Assembly: GCA_013239625.1 (NCBI GenBank)
Contig: MU054391.1
Span: 8,837,095-8,901,094 of the forward strand
Source: Lama guanicoe
Lineage: Eukaryota
Direction of reading: 5' to 3'
Length of the DNA stretch: 64,000 nt
Shown here: in pieces, positions 14,045-27,407 of the stretch
Layout of the letters: every line of letters begins with the position of its first letter
Position numbering within the stretch: the first letter of the stretch is position 1
Position numbers and translations under genes: made by a program
The notes under the pieces: generated by a model
Seen by the model: the letters and a program-made list of their open reading frames with translations, nothing else
The model's database searches: none
Told to the model about the DNA's origin: nothing

Positions 14045-15891
14045 CACCTTCCCTCCCTGAAGTCCTTGGCACCATCTTTGTCACGTTGACTGAGGGTCCA
14101 TAATTTTCAGTGTAAGTTGGCTTCCCAAAGGGTCCTGAAAAATTCCTCTGAAGTTGTGAAGAGTCCTTACCACAGGAGGACTAAAAGCTATCAGCTACCT
14201 ACCCCACGGTGTGAATGAGTCTGATTGGCCTCCATTCTTCCTGATACTGATGAGCAGGTACTGACGGAACACAGGTGTTCCTGAAGTTAAGAGGGAGAGG
14301 AGGAGTTCGGATGTCTCCCTGATGCCCAGCCGCTGGAACATTTCAAATACCCACTTCTGGGGTTATCTGCTCTTCTCTGAGAGCTCACTCTCTGAGCCTT
14401 GTCCCTCTGGGCTGAGGGCAACGTCCTACTCTTAATGAGGGCCAATTTCAGAGATTTGCATGTGGCACTGAAGAAAACTCTGCAACCAGCAGACTTGCTG
14501 TGTCCCCTGGCCTGCCCGCCAGAAACTGGCCTCCTGCCTCTTCCCTGTGCCCCAGCCTCCACATCTGTGTCCTCGTATTCCACATCTGTCTTTTCCCCCG
14601 GGCCTGAGCCCCCATCTTGAAAGGGCTGCTTTGAATCTCCGTTCCTCTTTCCTTTGGCAGGAAATACTGTCTCTCCACCTCCTCCCTCTCCTAGCTTAGA
14701 AACTGAGACTCGGTTAAATGTGGCCAGTCACTACCCTCTGTGTCTGCCTGGGCCTTGACTTTCTTTTATTTCCAGACCTCCGAGTTCCAGCTGTCTTCTA
14801 GAATCCTGTCTGTCACCTCTACCTGGTTTCCTTGAATCCTGCATTTCCCTTCTACAAAGAACTCAGGGAAGTTCCTGCTTCAGTTTCTACTGTATGACAC
14901 CAGCGCCAGGACCCAAGGCCCAGGGTTTTCAGGTTATAATCACCCAGCAGGTACAAGGAGGGCTCAGGGCAAGAGAAGATGAAACTCATATGATTTGGAG
15001 ACCAGCTAAGCACAGAGGCAGCAGTTTTTGCCTCTTCCCTGAATGCGTTTACACACACACTAATCCACTTTGTCATAGAGGTACCTTAAGGAAAGGACAC
15101 ATACTAGCAGATGTTTGGAGTGAGAAGTTCTGGAATGATTGATGTAGGCACATGTTTTGCATTTGACTTTTATCCCCCGAGTTAATATACCCTGGTAAAA
15201 ATAGATTTTCTTCTGAGAGCTCCACCTTGATGGCATATGTTCATCATTAGAGCTTAGAAACATGAGATTTTATTTCTCTTATCTAATAGCAAAAAACAGC
15301 CCAAGGCTCAAACTCAGTGGAATAAAAGTTATATTTTTCTTAAAAAAAAAAAAAAGCATCTGCTTTTCAACCTAATTGTCAAAACTAAGTGGGACAAAAT
15401 GAAGAGTCCAATTTTGATACATGACTAAGTGGGACGTAAATGAGTTTAAGAAGGAGATTAAAGTCCTGTTAGTGAGCCTGAAAAACACTCTTACTGCTGG
15501 CTGTCTAAAGTCCCTGTTCCTGTCTCTCAGCCCCAAGGGAGCAACAGGCAGAGAAGATCTTCAGCCTGAAATCTCCATGCTGGAAAATTGCATAGCAAAA
15601 TTGGCTCTAGCCTAATTGTCTTCAAACAGCTCAAAATCACCAGCAGAGCTAGTCTGGATTGAGTGTTGTTGCTTGAGGCTGGTAAACAAAGAGGCTGGGT
15701 GAGCCCTTGGGCATCTCTGTGCAACTTCGCTCCAGGTGGCTCTTCCCTCCCCACCTCCAGGCCCCTCCTGGGATGGCGTCCTGCCCTGAATCCTATTTCC
15801 TTGCTCTGTGGCCTGGATATATATCCTGGTGTTTGCTGGGTCATCTGCCTGAGAGCTAGAACCTTCTCCAAGCTTGTCCCTCACCAGTCCC

Positions 15892-16439
15892 TGGGGGAGG
15901 ATTTCCTCTACCCTTCTAGGCTCTTCTGGCTGCTCTAAAAATTAAAGTAGCATGAGACAGATTAACAGGAGAAAGTTTAAAAAAAGTTTAATAGCATGCA
16001 TCCATGGGAGGGACCCAGGAAACCTGAGTAACTGGCCACAATGGCTGGAAGCTTCTCCTTAAATATCGTCTCCAGCTAAAGACAATAGAGGATGTTCGGG
16101 GCAGTGGGCTGGGATTTCAAAGGGGAGGAAGGCAGTTCCCAGGGAGAGGTAAAAGCAAGTGTTTGGTACATACATGTTTACCGGGCCAGGCAGAGACAAT
16201 GCGACACAGAGAGAAGCTGTAACAGGCTTTGCTAGGTTCCCTGCTGTCTGCCACACGGAGTCCACACTGTGTCTGTGGTGGTAGCTCCCTTCCTGGAACA
16301 GGCCCTCCATTTACGTTCTTTAGGCAGCCAGGGAGAAGGGCAGTTTCTTCCTGAATGTTATGGGCTCTGATTGTTTTCAGCATGAAATAATCCACATGCC
16401 AAAGAGGCATTTGGGGTTGGCAAATTTTACTCCCCTACA
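15892..16439 (-). mobile_element. ERV1 solo LTR, MER34-like (~548 bp)
   Basis: Minus strand starts TGTAGGGGAGTAAAATTTGCCAACCCCAAATGCCTCTTTGGCATGTGGATTATTTC (MER34-like) and ends ...GAGGAAATCCTCCCCCA; imperfect TSD TCCC/CCCC. Confidence 0.8.
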
Positions 16440-16451
16440 CCCCCAAATCAA

Positions 16452-16453
<2 letters not shown>

Positions 16454-16488
<35 letters not shown>
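16454..16488. repeat. (CA)n microsatellite
   Basis: Directly visible. Confidence 0.95.
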
Positions 16489-16491
<3 letters not shown>

Positions 16492-19141
16492 TAAGCTGCT
16501 AATAAAAAACACAGGGCAGGTATTCAACTACGCACAGCTTACAGCATCATCACTTCCTGGAGGTCCTTGACACCGTGCAACCTCCTTGACTGGCTTCCCT
16601 GGAACCTAACCTAAGCTTGAAGCCCACCCAACCTCTGCGCCTCCTTGGATACTGCCCTTGTGACTGTTGGCCACCACTCATCAGCCAGTCCTAGAACTAG
16701 CGCAGTTGCTTTAGCTCACTTCCGACTCCAGCCTCTTCCCATCAGTCGCTAATGAGATTCTAGGACGCCTTATGGATGAACCCACAGGCATTAGAGCTAC
16801 GGCTCCCCTATCGCTCATTCCTCCCAAGAGCCTGATAGGACATAAGAGAAACATTCTTATCTGTTTTACGGACAATAAAACCAAGGCACAGGGGAACAGT
16901 CGATGATGGCCAAGTCCATCCATTGGGAATATGTGACCACAAACTGATGTTGGAAAAATAAATCACTTACAGCTCTTTCTTTCTCTTATTTTTTTTCCCC
17001 AGGGCCACCTGGGCCCCAAAAGTCAGTAAGAATGAAAAGTGTTCCCTCCAGCAAAACTCAGAGACCACCAATTTCTATTAAGTATTTATGGGTGAAATAA
17101 AATCTGCCCAGAAGCAGGCAGCCACTTCATATGCAGAACCAGTTTCATTTAAGTTGGTTTATATCTTCTTGCCCATCAACCTCGCTATTTCTAGGAAATA
17201 TAAATCCATATATCGGCAATGACTTGTGTTCGTTCCTAATGGCAAGTTGGAGAAAAATAGCTGAAAAGAGCCCTATTTCACTTTTTAATTATGAAGCCAA
17301 AATGACAGTTCATCTGGAATGTTGTCAAGCCAAGATAAAAAGATGATTCGAGATTTGGTTTCTAAAATCATTCCCGGGGGGGGGGTGGGGGGAAGGAGAG
17401 AACTTACTCTGAAACTCACAAAGTCCACATTAAAGGCCAAGAGTTGTGTAGCAATTACCCCCAAGTGGATCAGAAAAAAATCCTATTATTTGTTTGTATA
17501 TGCTTTTGTTTTGCTTGCTTTCTTATATTTTTCCATCACACAAAAATGTGACACAAACCTCAGTTGCTTCCTGATCCAAGAATTTGGAGCCTAATGATCA
17601 ATTGCTATATGGAGCAATGATGGTCATGCAATCCAGAAGCAGAGTTGAGATGCATTTCATGCCCAATATTGCTGCTCATACTCAGATAAAATCTCTGTCA
17701 TGGCGCAGAACACAATTTGTCTATCAGTTACCGCTGATAGACAAAAACTGATCTAGAAAGGACGCTTGCCTGTGGTAGATACGATGCTCTAGTTTTTGTT
17801 AACAAGTGAGGGGAAAAAAAAAAAAAGCACTTGGTATTTGCCTTCAAGAATAGAGAAAACAAGCACCCTCATGGATCACTGAGCAAAGTCGTGACCGCAG
17901 TAGCGGGTGTGAGCTGAGAGCCCGGAGGGCTTCAGAGGAAATGCACAGCCAGCCCCAGGGGCCAGGGTAACATCAGAGGAGGTGAGCCCTGCATGGCTTT
18001 TCCACTCTCCCTTACTGCCTCTGTCTATAAATGCAGTTTACGAAGGATGCTATCCAGAGTTGCTTCCAGCCTCAGAGTGGCCTGACATAAAGATGTGATC
18101 ATGGTATCTCACAATGGCTCACTCTGCAAAAATCAGGCCCAGTAGAAATATGAATGCACCATTTTTTAGGTTTTAGTTCCTAAAAATTCAGGTCAAAGAC
18201 TGACTAGACAGAAGAAGGGAGGCAGAGAAAGATGAAACCCAGGACATGAAAGGAAAATACGAGTGAAATGTGTGTAGATTTTCTATCATCTCAGTTAAAG
18301 GAGAGGCTGTCAGTGTTCATTTTTCCCATTCTCAAAAAAAAAAAAAAAAAGTCCCTTTAAGCTTTTGGGTTAAGTTTATCATCTAGAGTTAAGAGTATAA
18401 AAAGGGGTCAAGGAGAAAAGCAGAAGTATTACACCACAGCATGAAGCTTTTCTATTAACTTATGTATAAATGTAAATAAACCACATTGATAGGATTTATT
18501 ATGTTTCCTAAATACACCCCACAGCTCAGGAAATAGTTCAGGGGTTGCTGGGTGAGAGACGGAGGTTGGCCATGGGTACAACAGACCACCGATATCCACA
18601 GCAATTATCGTCTGTAAGTTGAACATCAGATCTGGCTTTCTGATGCCCATATTCTCCTGGTTTATAGAGCATGAACAGTAATGGCAATAACACAGGTCCT
18701 TGATTTTGAAGAGTCTTATATCAATTTCTGAGTTGGACAACAGTCGCCCTAAGTAGACAACACAGGCATGATGGATTCTGAGTCCCCTACAGTGAGGTGA
18801 TTTGGTGGAAGCTGGGGGTCAGTGTTGGCAGGATAACCGCAGTGCCCTGAGATGAGGTCTGGAGATAGTTGGACCAGAGCTGTCTCTGGATTTTGCCCAG
18901 GGGAATGGTGAGAAATTCAAATTTGCAGCTCTTGCTAGAGACAAAAAAAGTACAATACATAGTTTCATAATCTTGTTTCTTTTCCCCCCTTTCAAAATGT
19001 CTACCACTTAAGTCAGCCTAAATGTGAGACCATCAGTTTTGAAGTTTTTGCCACTTCCTTCACCTTTTGGAAATCAGAGCATCTCTTCACCTTACCCTAT
19101 TGGTATGTTTTCCTTTCCTTCATTTTTAAAAATAACAACTG

Positions 19142-19512
19142 CAAGACAAATATCATATATCACTTATATATGAAATCTTAAAGAAATGATACAAATGAGC
19201 TGATTTACAAACCAGAGATAGGCTCACAGCCATAGAAAACAAATGGTTTCTATGGTTACCAAAAGGGAAAGAGGGGAGAGGGATAAATTAGGAGTTTGAG
19301 ATTTACATATGCACACTACTGTACATAAAATAGATAAACAACAAGGACCTACTGTATAGAACAGGGAACTATATTCAATATCTTACAATAATCTATAATG
19401 GAAAAGAATCTGAAAAAGAGTATATATTTTATATATGTATATAAAACTGAATCATTTTGCTGTACACCTGAAAAAAACACAACATTGTAAATCAACTATA
19501 CTTCAATTTTTT
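19142..19512 (+). mobile_element. 5'-truncated young L1 3' end (cetartiodactyl/camelid type)
   Basis: Characteristic 3' UTR 'aacaaggacctactgtatag...gctgtacacctgaaa...acattgtaaatcaactatacttcaat'; flanked by imperfect TSD AAAAATAACAACT (19128-19140) / AAAAAAAGCAACT (19513-19525). Confidence 0.9.
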
Positions 19513-20010
19513 AAAAAAAGCAACTTTGTTGAAATAGAATTTACTCACCATAACATTTACCTATTTAAATTGTACAGTTGCATAGTTTCTAGTATTCTCA
19601 CAGAGTTGTGAAACTATCAGTATCATCAACTTTAAAACTATTTTTAGCCCCCAAAGAAACCCTATACCCATCAGTGGTCTGTTTTTCTCCATTCCCTCTC
19701 CTCATTCCCTGGCAATTACTAATCTACTTTCAGTCTCAATGGATTGGCAAATTCTAGACATTTTGTATACATAGAATCATACTATACGTGGCCTTTGTGA
19801 CTGTATTCTTTCACTTAGCCTAATGTTTTCAAGGTTTATCTATGCTGTAGCATGTACCAGTAATTCCTTTTCTTTGCTGAATGAATAATACTCCACTGCA
19901 CAGATATACTCCCTTCCATTTATCCATTCATCAGTTGGCAGACATCTTGATTGCTTCTATCTTTTGACTATTATGAGTAATACTACTGTGAACATTCAGG
20001 TACAGGCTTA
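19513..20010 (-). mobile_element. Old L1 (L1MB-like) 3' end
   Basis: 'caactttgttgaaatagaattt...cctggcaattactaatctactttc...ccattcatcagttggcagacatc...ctgtgaacattcaggtacagg' is an antisense L1MB-type 3' end. Confidence 0.85.
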
Positions 20011-21380
20011 GCATCCTCGTGTGAGATTAACCTAGACTGGAGAACTGGGCTTATTTAAAATGACTGTATGTTTTCTAACCAATTTCTTATCCAACTCAAC
20101 TTTAATTTTCCTCTATAGAGCATTTATTTTTTCCTATTTCTAGCAGTTTCCATCAATTTCTTTAATGAAGAAAATGGAAGCAAGACAAGAATTAAATACC
20201 TTTCCTTTATTTTATCATTTTCTGCTTGATGCCCCCTGGCCTATCATTGGTTTCAAGCCTCTGAAAAACCAGTGTTCCACAAATAATATTTAAGACAGTC
20301 AGTAGCTTTTAAACTTCTGGCTGACATCCACTGATAGCAATGTCCTGAACACTGCAATACAGTACTCACATATGTGTCTATTACTCTGAAAAAAACCTTT
20401 CACCCTGCTTCTCTAGTCTTTCCTGTTCTACTGTATTTTTTTCTATTATATTTTTTTCTGAATTCTGGTCATGATACATTACATTTATTTCATAAACACA
20501 GTGACCCGTAGTTCAAAAAGCAATGGTTTAAAAAAATATTGTTTTAGATGGAAAAATAACAATTTACTATTTTCTTAAAGAATCTAGTAGAGTTTTCTTA
20601 AAATTTCCCAAAACAACTGTGTTTAATTAACACAATGATCAAATAATTCTTCATTAAACCAAACCAACTTATCTAATACTTTATTTCCCTCACGTTTCTT
20701 CCTCCATTAACATTGAGTTGACATTCATTTCTTGATATTTAGGGTTGAATTGGATCTTTGTCTAATTAATTTTCACTTGAAGTACAGCAAATCAGAAATG
20801 TTGCAAAGACTAACAGAGACTCCTACAATATACGTATAAGCTAATAGAAACTTCTCTTCTTTCAAGAAAATATTGTGGCCCATATTTATCAAATGATTTA
20901 CATTAAGAGTTGCCAGTATTGGTACTAAAATCCAGGACTTCTGATTCCTAAACCAAGTCTACTATATCAAGCTTTGATGGATAAATTTCTGATAGTGTGA
21001 CCAATCAGATGAAAGCTATTTTCATAAGAGGAGGTTATTATTGATGCATATGTCTTAATTAATATTTCCTCTCCAAAGTCTGTTTGCAGTACTAGCTAAA
21101 TTGAAGACAACTAATAAAAAAGAAGATTGTGTCCCTCAACAAGGTGCCATTATGTGAAAAGACTGCAGAAAGAAAAATGAAATAATACATTATTGATTTT
21201 AGGAAGTTGTTTTCACAAACTCTCCACACTGATTTCTTTCTAAGAGCTAAATGCATCATTTTCAAACACTCTCTTACCATTTCCCCATTATTCTATAATG
21301 TTTGTTTTGTTAAAAGCTGCCTACATCTTCAATAAAATCCAACTGAATTCTACTAATCCCTTAATGTTTATAAGGAAACC

Positions 21381-21840
21381 CCTATGAGTTACATTATATT
21401 CTACCAAGTAGATTTGTTGAGTTCCTAACCCCCAGTACCTCAAAATGGGACCTAATTTGGAAAAAAAAAAGAGATTACCTCTTCATAGAGGTAATCAAGT
21501 TAAAATTCCATCATTGGGGTGAGTCCTAAGCCAAAAGACTGGTGTCCTTACAAACAAGAAGAGTTTGAAGACAGACACACACACGGGGAGAATGCCATGT
21601 GAAGATGAAGGCAGAGGTCTGAGGGATGCGCCTGCAACCTAAAGATACCAGCAGACTGCCCAATAGTAGGTAAGAGGCATGTAGGAGATGCTTCCTCACG
21701 GTGCTCAGAAGGAACCAACCCTAATGACACCTAAATCTAATCTCAGACTTCTAGCCTCCAGGACTGAGATAATACATTTCTGTTGTTGAAGCCACCCAGT
21801 TTGTGGTACTCTGTTACAGCAGACCAAGAAGACAAATACA
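21381..21840 (+). mobile_element. MaLR LTR (MLT1B/C-like)
   Basis: 'cctaacccccagtacctcaaaatgggacc', 'gccatgtgaagatgaaggcagag', 'gacttctagcctccaggactgag...aagccacccagtttgtggtac...aaataca'. Confidence 0.9.
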
Positions 21841-24800
21841 GTGCCTCTGCTGGAAAACCGAGATAACCCTGATTACATTAATTCTCCCTCACAAGTTAGC
21901 TCTTGACCCTCAAGTCTTCACAGTCATGAACATTCATCAGCCCTGGGGACTTCAGTCCCTCTCACGCCTTCTTTCCAGCCCCGATGAAGGATGCCCTGCC
22001 TCACACACCAAAGCTCCCGTCCCTCAGCTGCTCACCAAACTTTTCCACCAGAAGTCCTACCATCACGTGTAGGTAATTGAGGCTGATTGTCTGTCCTCTC
22101 ATAAGCCAGATAAATCTGAGCTTTTCTGTTCTCATCCTCAAAACCAAGTTCAGCATTGTAATATTTTCAAAAGAAATCCAAAGTGAAAACCCAAATCTTT
22201 AATAGTCAGGTAGATCTTTTGGGAAAGTTGTGTTGATGGAGAGGATCAAACACCATACACAGTATAACTCATCACCCTGTCACCTAGGTATTTAATTATT
22301 TGTTTATAAACCTGTCTCTGTCCATTAGATCACCTGCCCTGTTGTACTTGTCTTGTATCCTCATGCCTAGGACATTACAGTGTTTGGGAAACGTTTCCTG
22401 ATTTGAAGACATAATTGCCACATACACGGATATTCTGATTCAAGGTAACTCCTACCCACTGATCCTGATTTTGTTCACTAAACCACATGGAAGAGGGATA
22501 ACCTATTTCACCAGGAGAAACTTTAAAACATATAATAACAAATCAGCCCCAGTGAGTCTTTTAATCTAAGCCTTACCAATTAGCCCAAGCATTCAAAAGT
22601 ATTTATGAAAAGTTCCTCACAAAATTGACTTCCAGATTCCTCGTCATCACCTTCATCTTTACATTGGGTAGCTAAGAGCACTCTCTTTTTTCCTACACGC
22701 TGGACTTCTATAAATGCAACTTCACATCTGCAGGTCCCCCACTCGGCGTTATTTTACACACTCCTTCCATAAGGGATCCACGTATATTTCCACAAAATTT
22801 GTGGATACAAACATCACAAAGGAGAGAATCTGTCAGCATTTCATTAAAAGTGTTTCTGTGGATGGCAACTGCCTAATTTCTGCCTTCACTGGACAAATGT
22901 TTAACCAGCTTTGAACCCACCATCTCCTTCCAGTTAATACGTATATGCTGAAAAACCTCATCAAATTCTCTTTCCTTACTAGAACTATGGTCCACCATGT
23001 TTATGGTGTTTCTCTGTTTTATGAGAGAGAGAAGAGAGAAAAGAAAGAGAGAGAAGGTTAAAAACTGTTGAGATTAACTTAAACTTTTATCCCTCTTGCA
23101 ATGACTGTTTTGACAGATGTTTCCCTGACTCTCTTTACTCTTTTTCTTCACTTTTTAAACGTTTAATCCATTGGATTCACATAGATTCTTTCTTCAGCTT
23201 CATGGTGTTTCCCGTAAGGCACTCAACAGTCTCTGTCACTGAGAATGAATATTTTTCCAAGAAAGGACATGGGATTTAGGTGTCTGTAGCCAATTGCATA
23301 GAAATGTGACCAAATTCATTCACTTAAGCTTAATCTCTTCATGTTAAACAAGTTTGCTTTCCCCTTTTTAAGAAGAGATGATTATATCCGTCTGTTACAT
23401 GGAGAAGAAACATGTGAAACCACCTATATAGTTAAGTCTCTCCAGAAGAGACAGCTCTCCTTCCACAGAGATATATAGTGAATATATATAAATATATAGG
23501 TTTTTTAAGGGCTTTCTGAGAACCAATATATAGTATGAAAGTTGAAAAGAGTTCATAAACTTGCTAGCTGCTCTAATTGAATTCTACCTGTATGGAGATG
23601 TTACAGAAGTAATAAGGTTTGTCAAAGATCATTATACCTAAATGTACCTACTCATTCATTCTTGCAGTTATAAAAACATATTCGGCACTATGCTCACGCT
23701 GTGAGAGATATAAAGACTAGCCAGACACTGATTATACCCTTGAAAAGGCCATAGCCAATTACAGAAGATGAGAGAGTGGATACAAACTTAAATAAGAAGA
23801 GATGAGGAAGGCCCTATGCTTGGAGACACAGTCACATGCAAGTGTCAAAATTAGCTCTGAAAGTAGAATAGGACCCAAATAATTAGCAATGCAGGAAACC
23901 ACTCCAGGAGTGAGAATAGAAGGAAAAAAGTCTCCTGGGGAGGAAATCAAGGAACTCATGACAGGCATATCCAGCTCATTCCAGTTAGTGAAAGACCGAC
24001 ATGATGCTGTGCAGCTGGGATGGGATGCTGTCATGCATCCAACCACATCTGCGGTCCAGCACAAGGAGGAGGGTCTTCTCTGTGCAGAAGATGGGCTTCC
24101 AAGGAGAGCATTGGAGTCATGAAATGGCATGATAGACTCATGAGAAATTATGTGTGCTTATTCTCATGATTTTTACTGAGAGACATCAGGCAAAATCCCC
24201 AATTCTTTAAAGGTTGCGTTAGTTGAAAGCAAATTGAAAATTCTGTGGATGCCTGAGTAATGCCCTAGATGACCCCAAGTATTTTTTTAAAATTGTGATG
24301 CCCTTAAGAAAATAAAATTCCTAATGGGCAACAACTAAGTGCGGGCATTGGTAAGAGGAGGTTTCCAATGTGGACTCTGCCATTTGTGAGCTGTGGGGAG
24401 TTTACAAGTGACTTGACTTCATCTACAGCATATTTTAAACAGTAGGGATGCAAAAGAAATGCTCTAAAATCCAAACTAACCGACTGGTATAAGATGCATG
24501 ACATGCAGAAAATCTTGGAAGAAGTCGGCAATTTTTTCCTCCATGTTCTCTTTCTAGAGATGCTTAGAAAGGGAAAGAAATGGAATGTATAGGTGAATTA
24601 TTTCAGATCTTGCTAAGGAGAGGAGTAGTGGTGTGGATGAGTCCTGATGACGTTTTCCTCCACACAACAAATTACTGAAATGTTAGCTCTCTCTATTTAT
24701 ATGTGGGATGCATGGCCAACTTAAAAAATAAAAGTCCTCTCCTCCCTTAGGCTTTCCAACCTTCCTCCTTCATTGGATTGGTACCCTTTCAAGAGGAGCA

Positions 24801-25339
24801 AGAGGTAAAATGGACAAGATGGTGATAGGATTGTCAAAAGGTGTAACCCATCACTCCTACATAAAGAGAGGACAGTTTTCCAGAGGAAGGTACAGGACAT
24901 CTTCATGTAGGCCAGCTCAGTCCTTCTAAACTGAGTTTCTATTTGCTTTATGATTCTACTAGATTTCTTTCCAGCAGAGCAAGTCCCTCCTTGTCCTCAG
25001 AATTTCCTTGAGAGTAAGGGCATCTTACACCAACCGAGTCCACCTTCTGTGAACCAGGAGAGGTTCACTTTGAAACTAATGAGCCCAGAGTCTCTCACTT
25101 TCAGAAATACGCACTTAATTTTATATTAGTATAAAGTACAAGTATAAAATACCCTTAATTCATAGAGGATTCCCTAGATGATATAAGCTTCAAGCCCTAA
25201 GAAGCCCCTGAATATACGATATGAGAGTCAACCCCCCCTTTCAGCTCCTCCACTGGCCCCCCCCACTCCCTATGCATGAGGTGCCGATGACTCTGCCCAG
25301 CTTTCTCCTCGGGCTCATTTGTCTTCCTTCCGTTCATCA

Positions 25340-25685
25340 TTGCCCCCTGTGTCATTGCTTTACACCCTGGGAATTTTATTCAAACTGTTCCCTCTAGCTG
25401 GAATGCTATTTTCCCTGAATCGCCCTTTCCACGTTCAACTCAAAAGTCACTTCTGCAAAACTCTCACACAGTCTCTACAATGTCTTTAATCCAAACTGTA
25501 CTTCCAGAGTCCTTTGTCCGTCCTCCATTCTAACTCTCTCCACTCTGACTCAGGAATACCTACTGTGTGTCCCTCCTCCGCATCACACCAGGAGCAGGGA
25601 GCCTGTCTTTAATATTTCTTTGTTCTGGGAGCCTAGCACGGTGCCAGGCCCAGGATGGTGCTCATACGTAGCTGGTAGAATGACT
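25340..25685 (+). mobile_element. LINE-2 3' fragment
   Basis: 'ctgttccctctagctggaatgc...gcctagcacggtgccaggcccagga...gaatga' is a sense L2 3' end. Confidence 0.7.
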
Positions 25686-26139
25686 GGCTCCAGGATGCTT
25701 CTAAAGACTCTCATTTTAGTTCATTCTGTCCTAATGTCACTGAGGTTAGAAGCAAGAGGAACGTCACTGAACCTGCTCTCCACCCACAACCAAATTTTAA
25801 TCTTTTCTTTGTAATCCACATCATCAACCTTCCTGCTCTTATCCACTATTTATTGCAATCACAAAAAAACTGTTTCAGAATAATTTTGCAACACCATCTC
25901 CCCTTCCACAAGGAAAGGCAAAGGCAAATTTGAGTGTAAAAAGTAAATGCTTTGGATGAATGTTTTCTACAGCATAAAGGCGAACTGAATTTGCTTGGCT
26001 TCTGTCTGATTTAAAGGAAGCTGGGCAGTTTCGTTGGTTCTTCAGTGACTACCTCCATCCCACATGTGGGCATGAGCAAGTGCTCTGAACCCAGCAAGAA
26101 AGAAGGGAATGGTGAGGCTGGTTTTTATTTCCACCAACA

Positions 26140-26780
26140 ACTGATTCATTCAGCCAATCATTTAGCAAACAATTATTAAATATCCAATGTGTGCCAGGCA
26201 CTGTTCTATAGTCAGGGATGTAGAAGTTAACTGGACACAGTCTTTGCCTGGTCATCTAACGTTCAAAGCAGTGAGAAAGCCTTATGATAAATGCTTATAG
26301 TCCAATTTAGGAAATGCCGTAATAGTGAGTGCTTGGGGTGGACTCAAGTTGAGATAGACAAACAAAGAGGAAATTTCTATTGGATCTTGGAAGATTAATA
26401 CAGTTTGAAATTTAGATAAGATAGACATCATAAGGAGTTTAGACTTTATCTCGAAAGCGTGGGTATCCCTTGAAGGGTTTTAAAAAGGAAGGGCGCAGTC
26501 TTTAGAAAGATCACCCTATTGGAAAAGTAGGAAACAGAATAACAGATGCCAGGCTGGAGATGTGGAGGGCAGTCAGAAGGAATTTCTGTAACCTAGACGA
26601 TAAGTTATGAGGGTCTGGAGCTAAGAAAGCAGGAAAGGTCATGGGAGAAACGGAAAGAACTTCAAAGATATTTAGGAATAAGAATCCATAGGACAGTGTC
26701 CTGGTTGAATGTCAACAGTGAGAAGAAAGCGTCATTAAGATGCTTATAAGGTTTGTAGCTGGCCCTGAACTGGAAGGTAG
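26140..26780 (-). mobile_element. LINE-2 fragment
   Basis: 'ttcattcagccaatcatttagcaaacaattattaaatatccaatgtgtgccaggcactgttcta' followed by purine-rich L2 body. Confidence 0.75.
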
Positions 26781-26938
26781 AGGAAGACCTAAGCAAGGGC
26801 TAATTCAGGTGAGCCGACAGCAGTCTGGCCAGGGAGAAACCAGGTGACTGGCAAAGAAGAAACTTACAGTCACCTTGGAGAAGCCAGGAGGAAATGAAGT
26901 TAAATAAAAGCTTATAAGCTTATAAAACCAGACCAACA

Positions 26939-27407
26939 TGTAATGGGATAAAGAAATAGATCAGGAAAATCAGGTCCTAAGCAGATTTGTGCATAATGAG
27001 AAGACACAAAGCGTCGGTTTTTATGCGATGCTGCTTCTGTGATAGAGAAGGTCTCCATTGCCACAAGCATGTGCATCTTTCCCATCTGTCTCCCAAACAA
27101 AGACCGAGGGGATTCTCCCGGTAAGGGCGGAGAGTTGGGACTGTTTCTAATTGGTGGACCAATCTCAGCAATGAAGAACCTGGAGCAGACAATTCTCAGG
27201 AGTTGGGGGTTTAAGTAAGCTTTCTTTACAGAATTATCCATGAGTAGCAGACCCCAGAGACTTGGGAAAAAACATTCTTGAGAAACCAGCTTCAACTCCA
27301 GACAAGATGTAGGAATGGGGAGCACGGTTAGGAAGCCCACTGCTCACGGGGCTGAGGATTCCAAGTCCGAAAGGACAGCTGTTTTTAACACCCATAGGGA
27401 TGTTACA
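26939..27407. mobile_element. Possible old solo LTR
   Basis: Segment bounded by TGTAAT...GTTACA (TG..CA short inverted ends), ~470 bp; no matching TSD and family not recognised. Confidence 0.3.

Noticed and set aside
17003..17025. Collagen-like microexon (GGC CAC CTG GGC CCC AAA, GHLGPK) after a strong acceptor
   Set aside because: The nearest GT donors give 19 or 23 nt rather than 18, and there are no other Gly-X-Y exons in the window.
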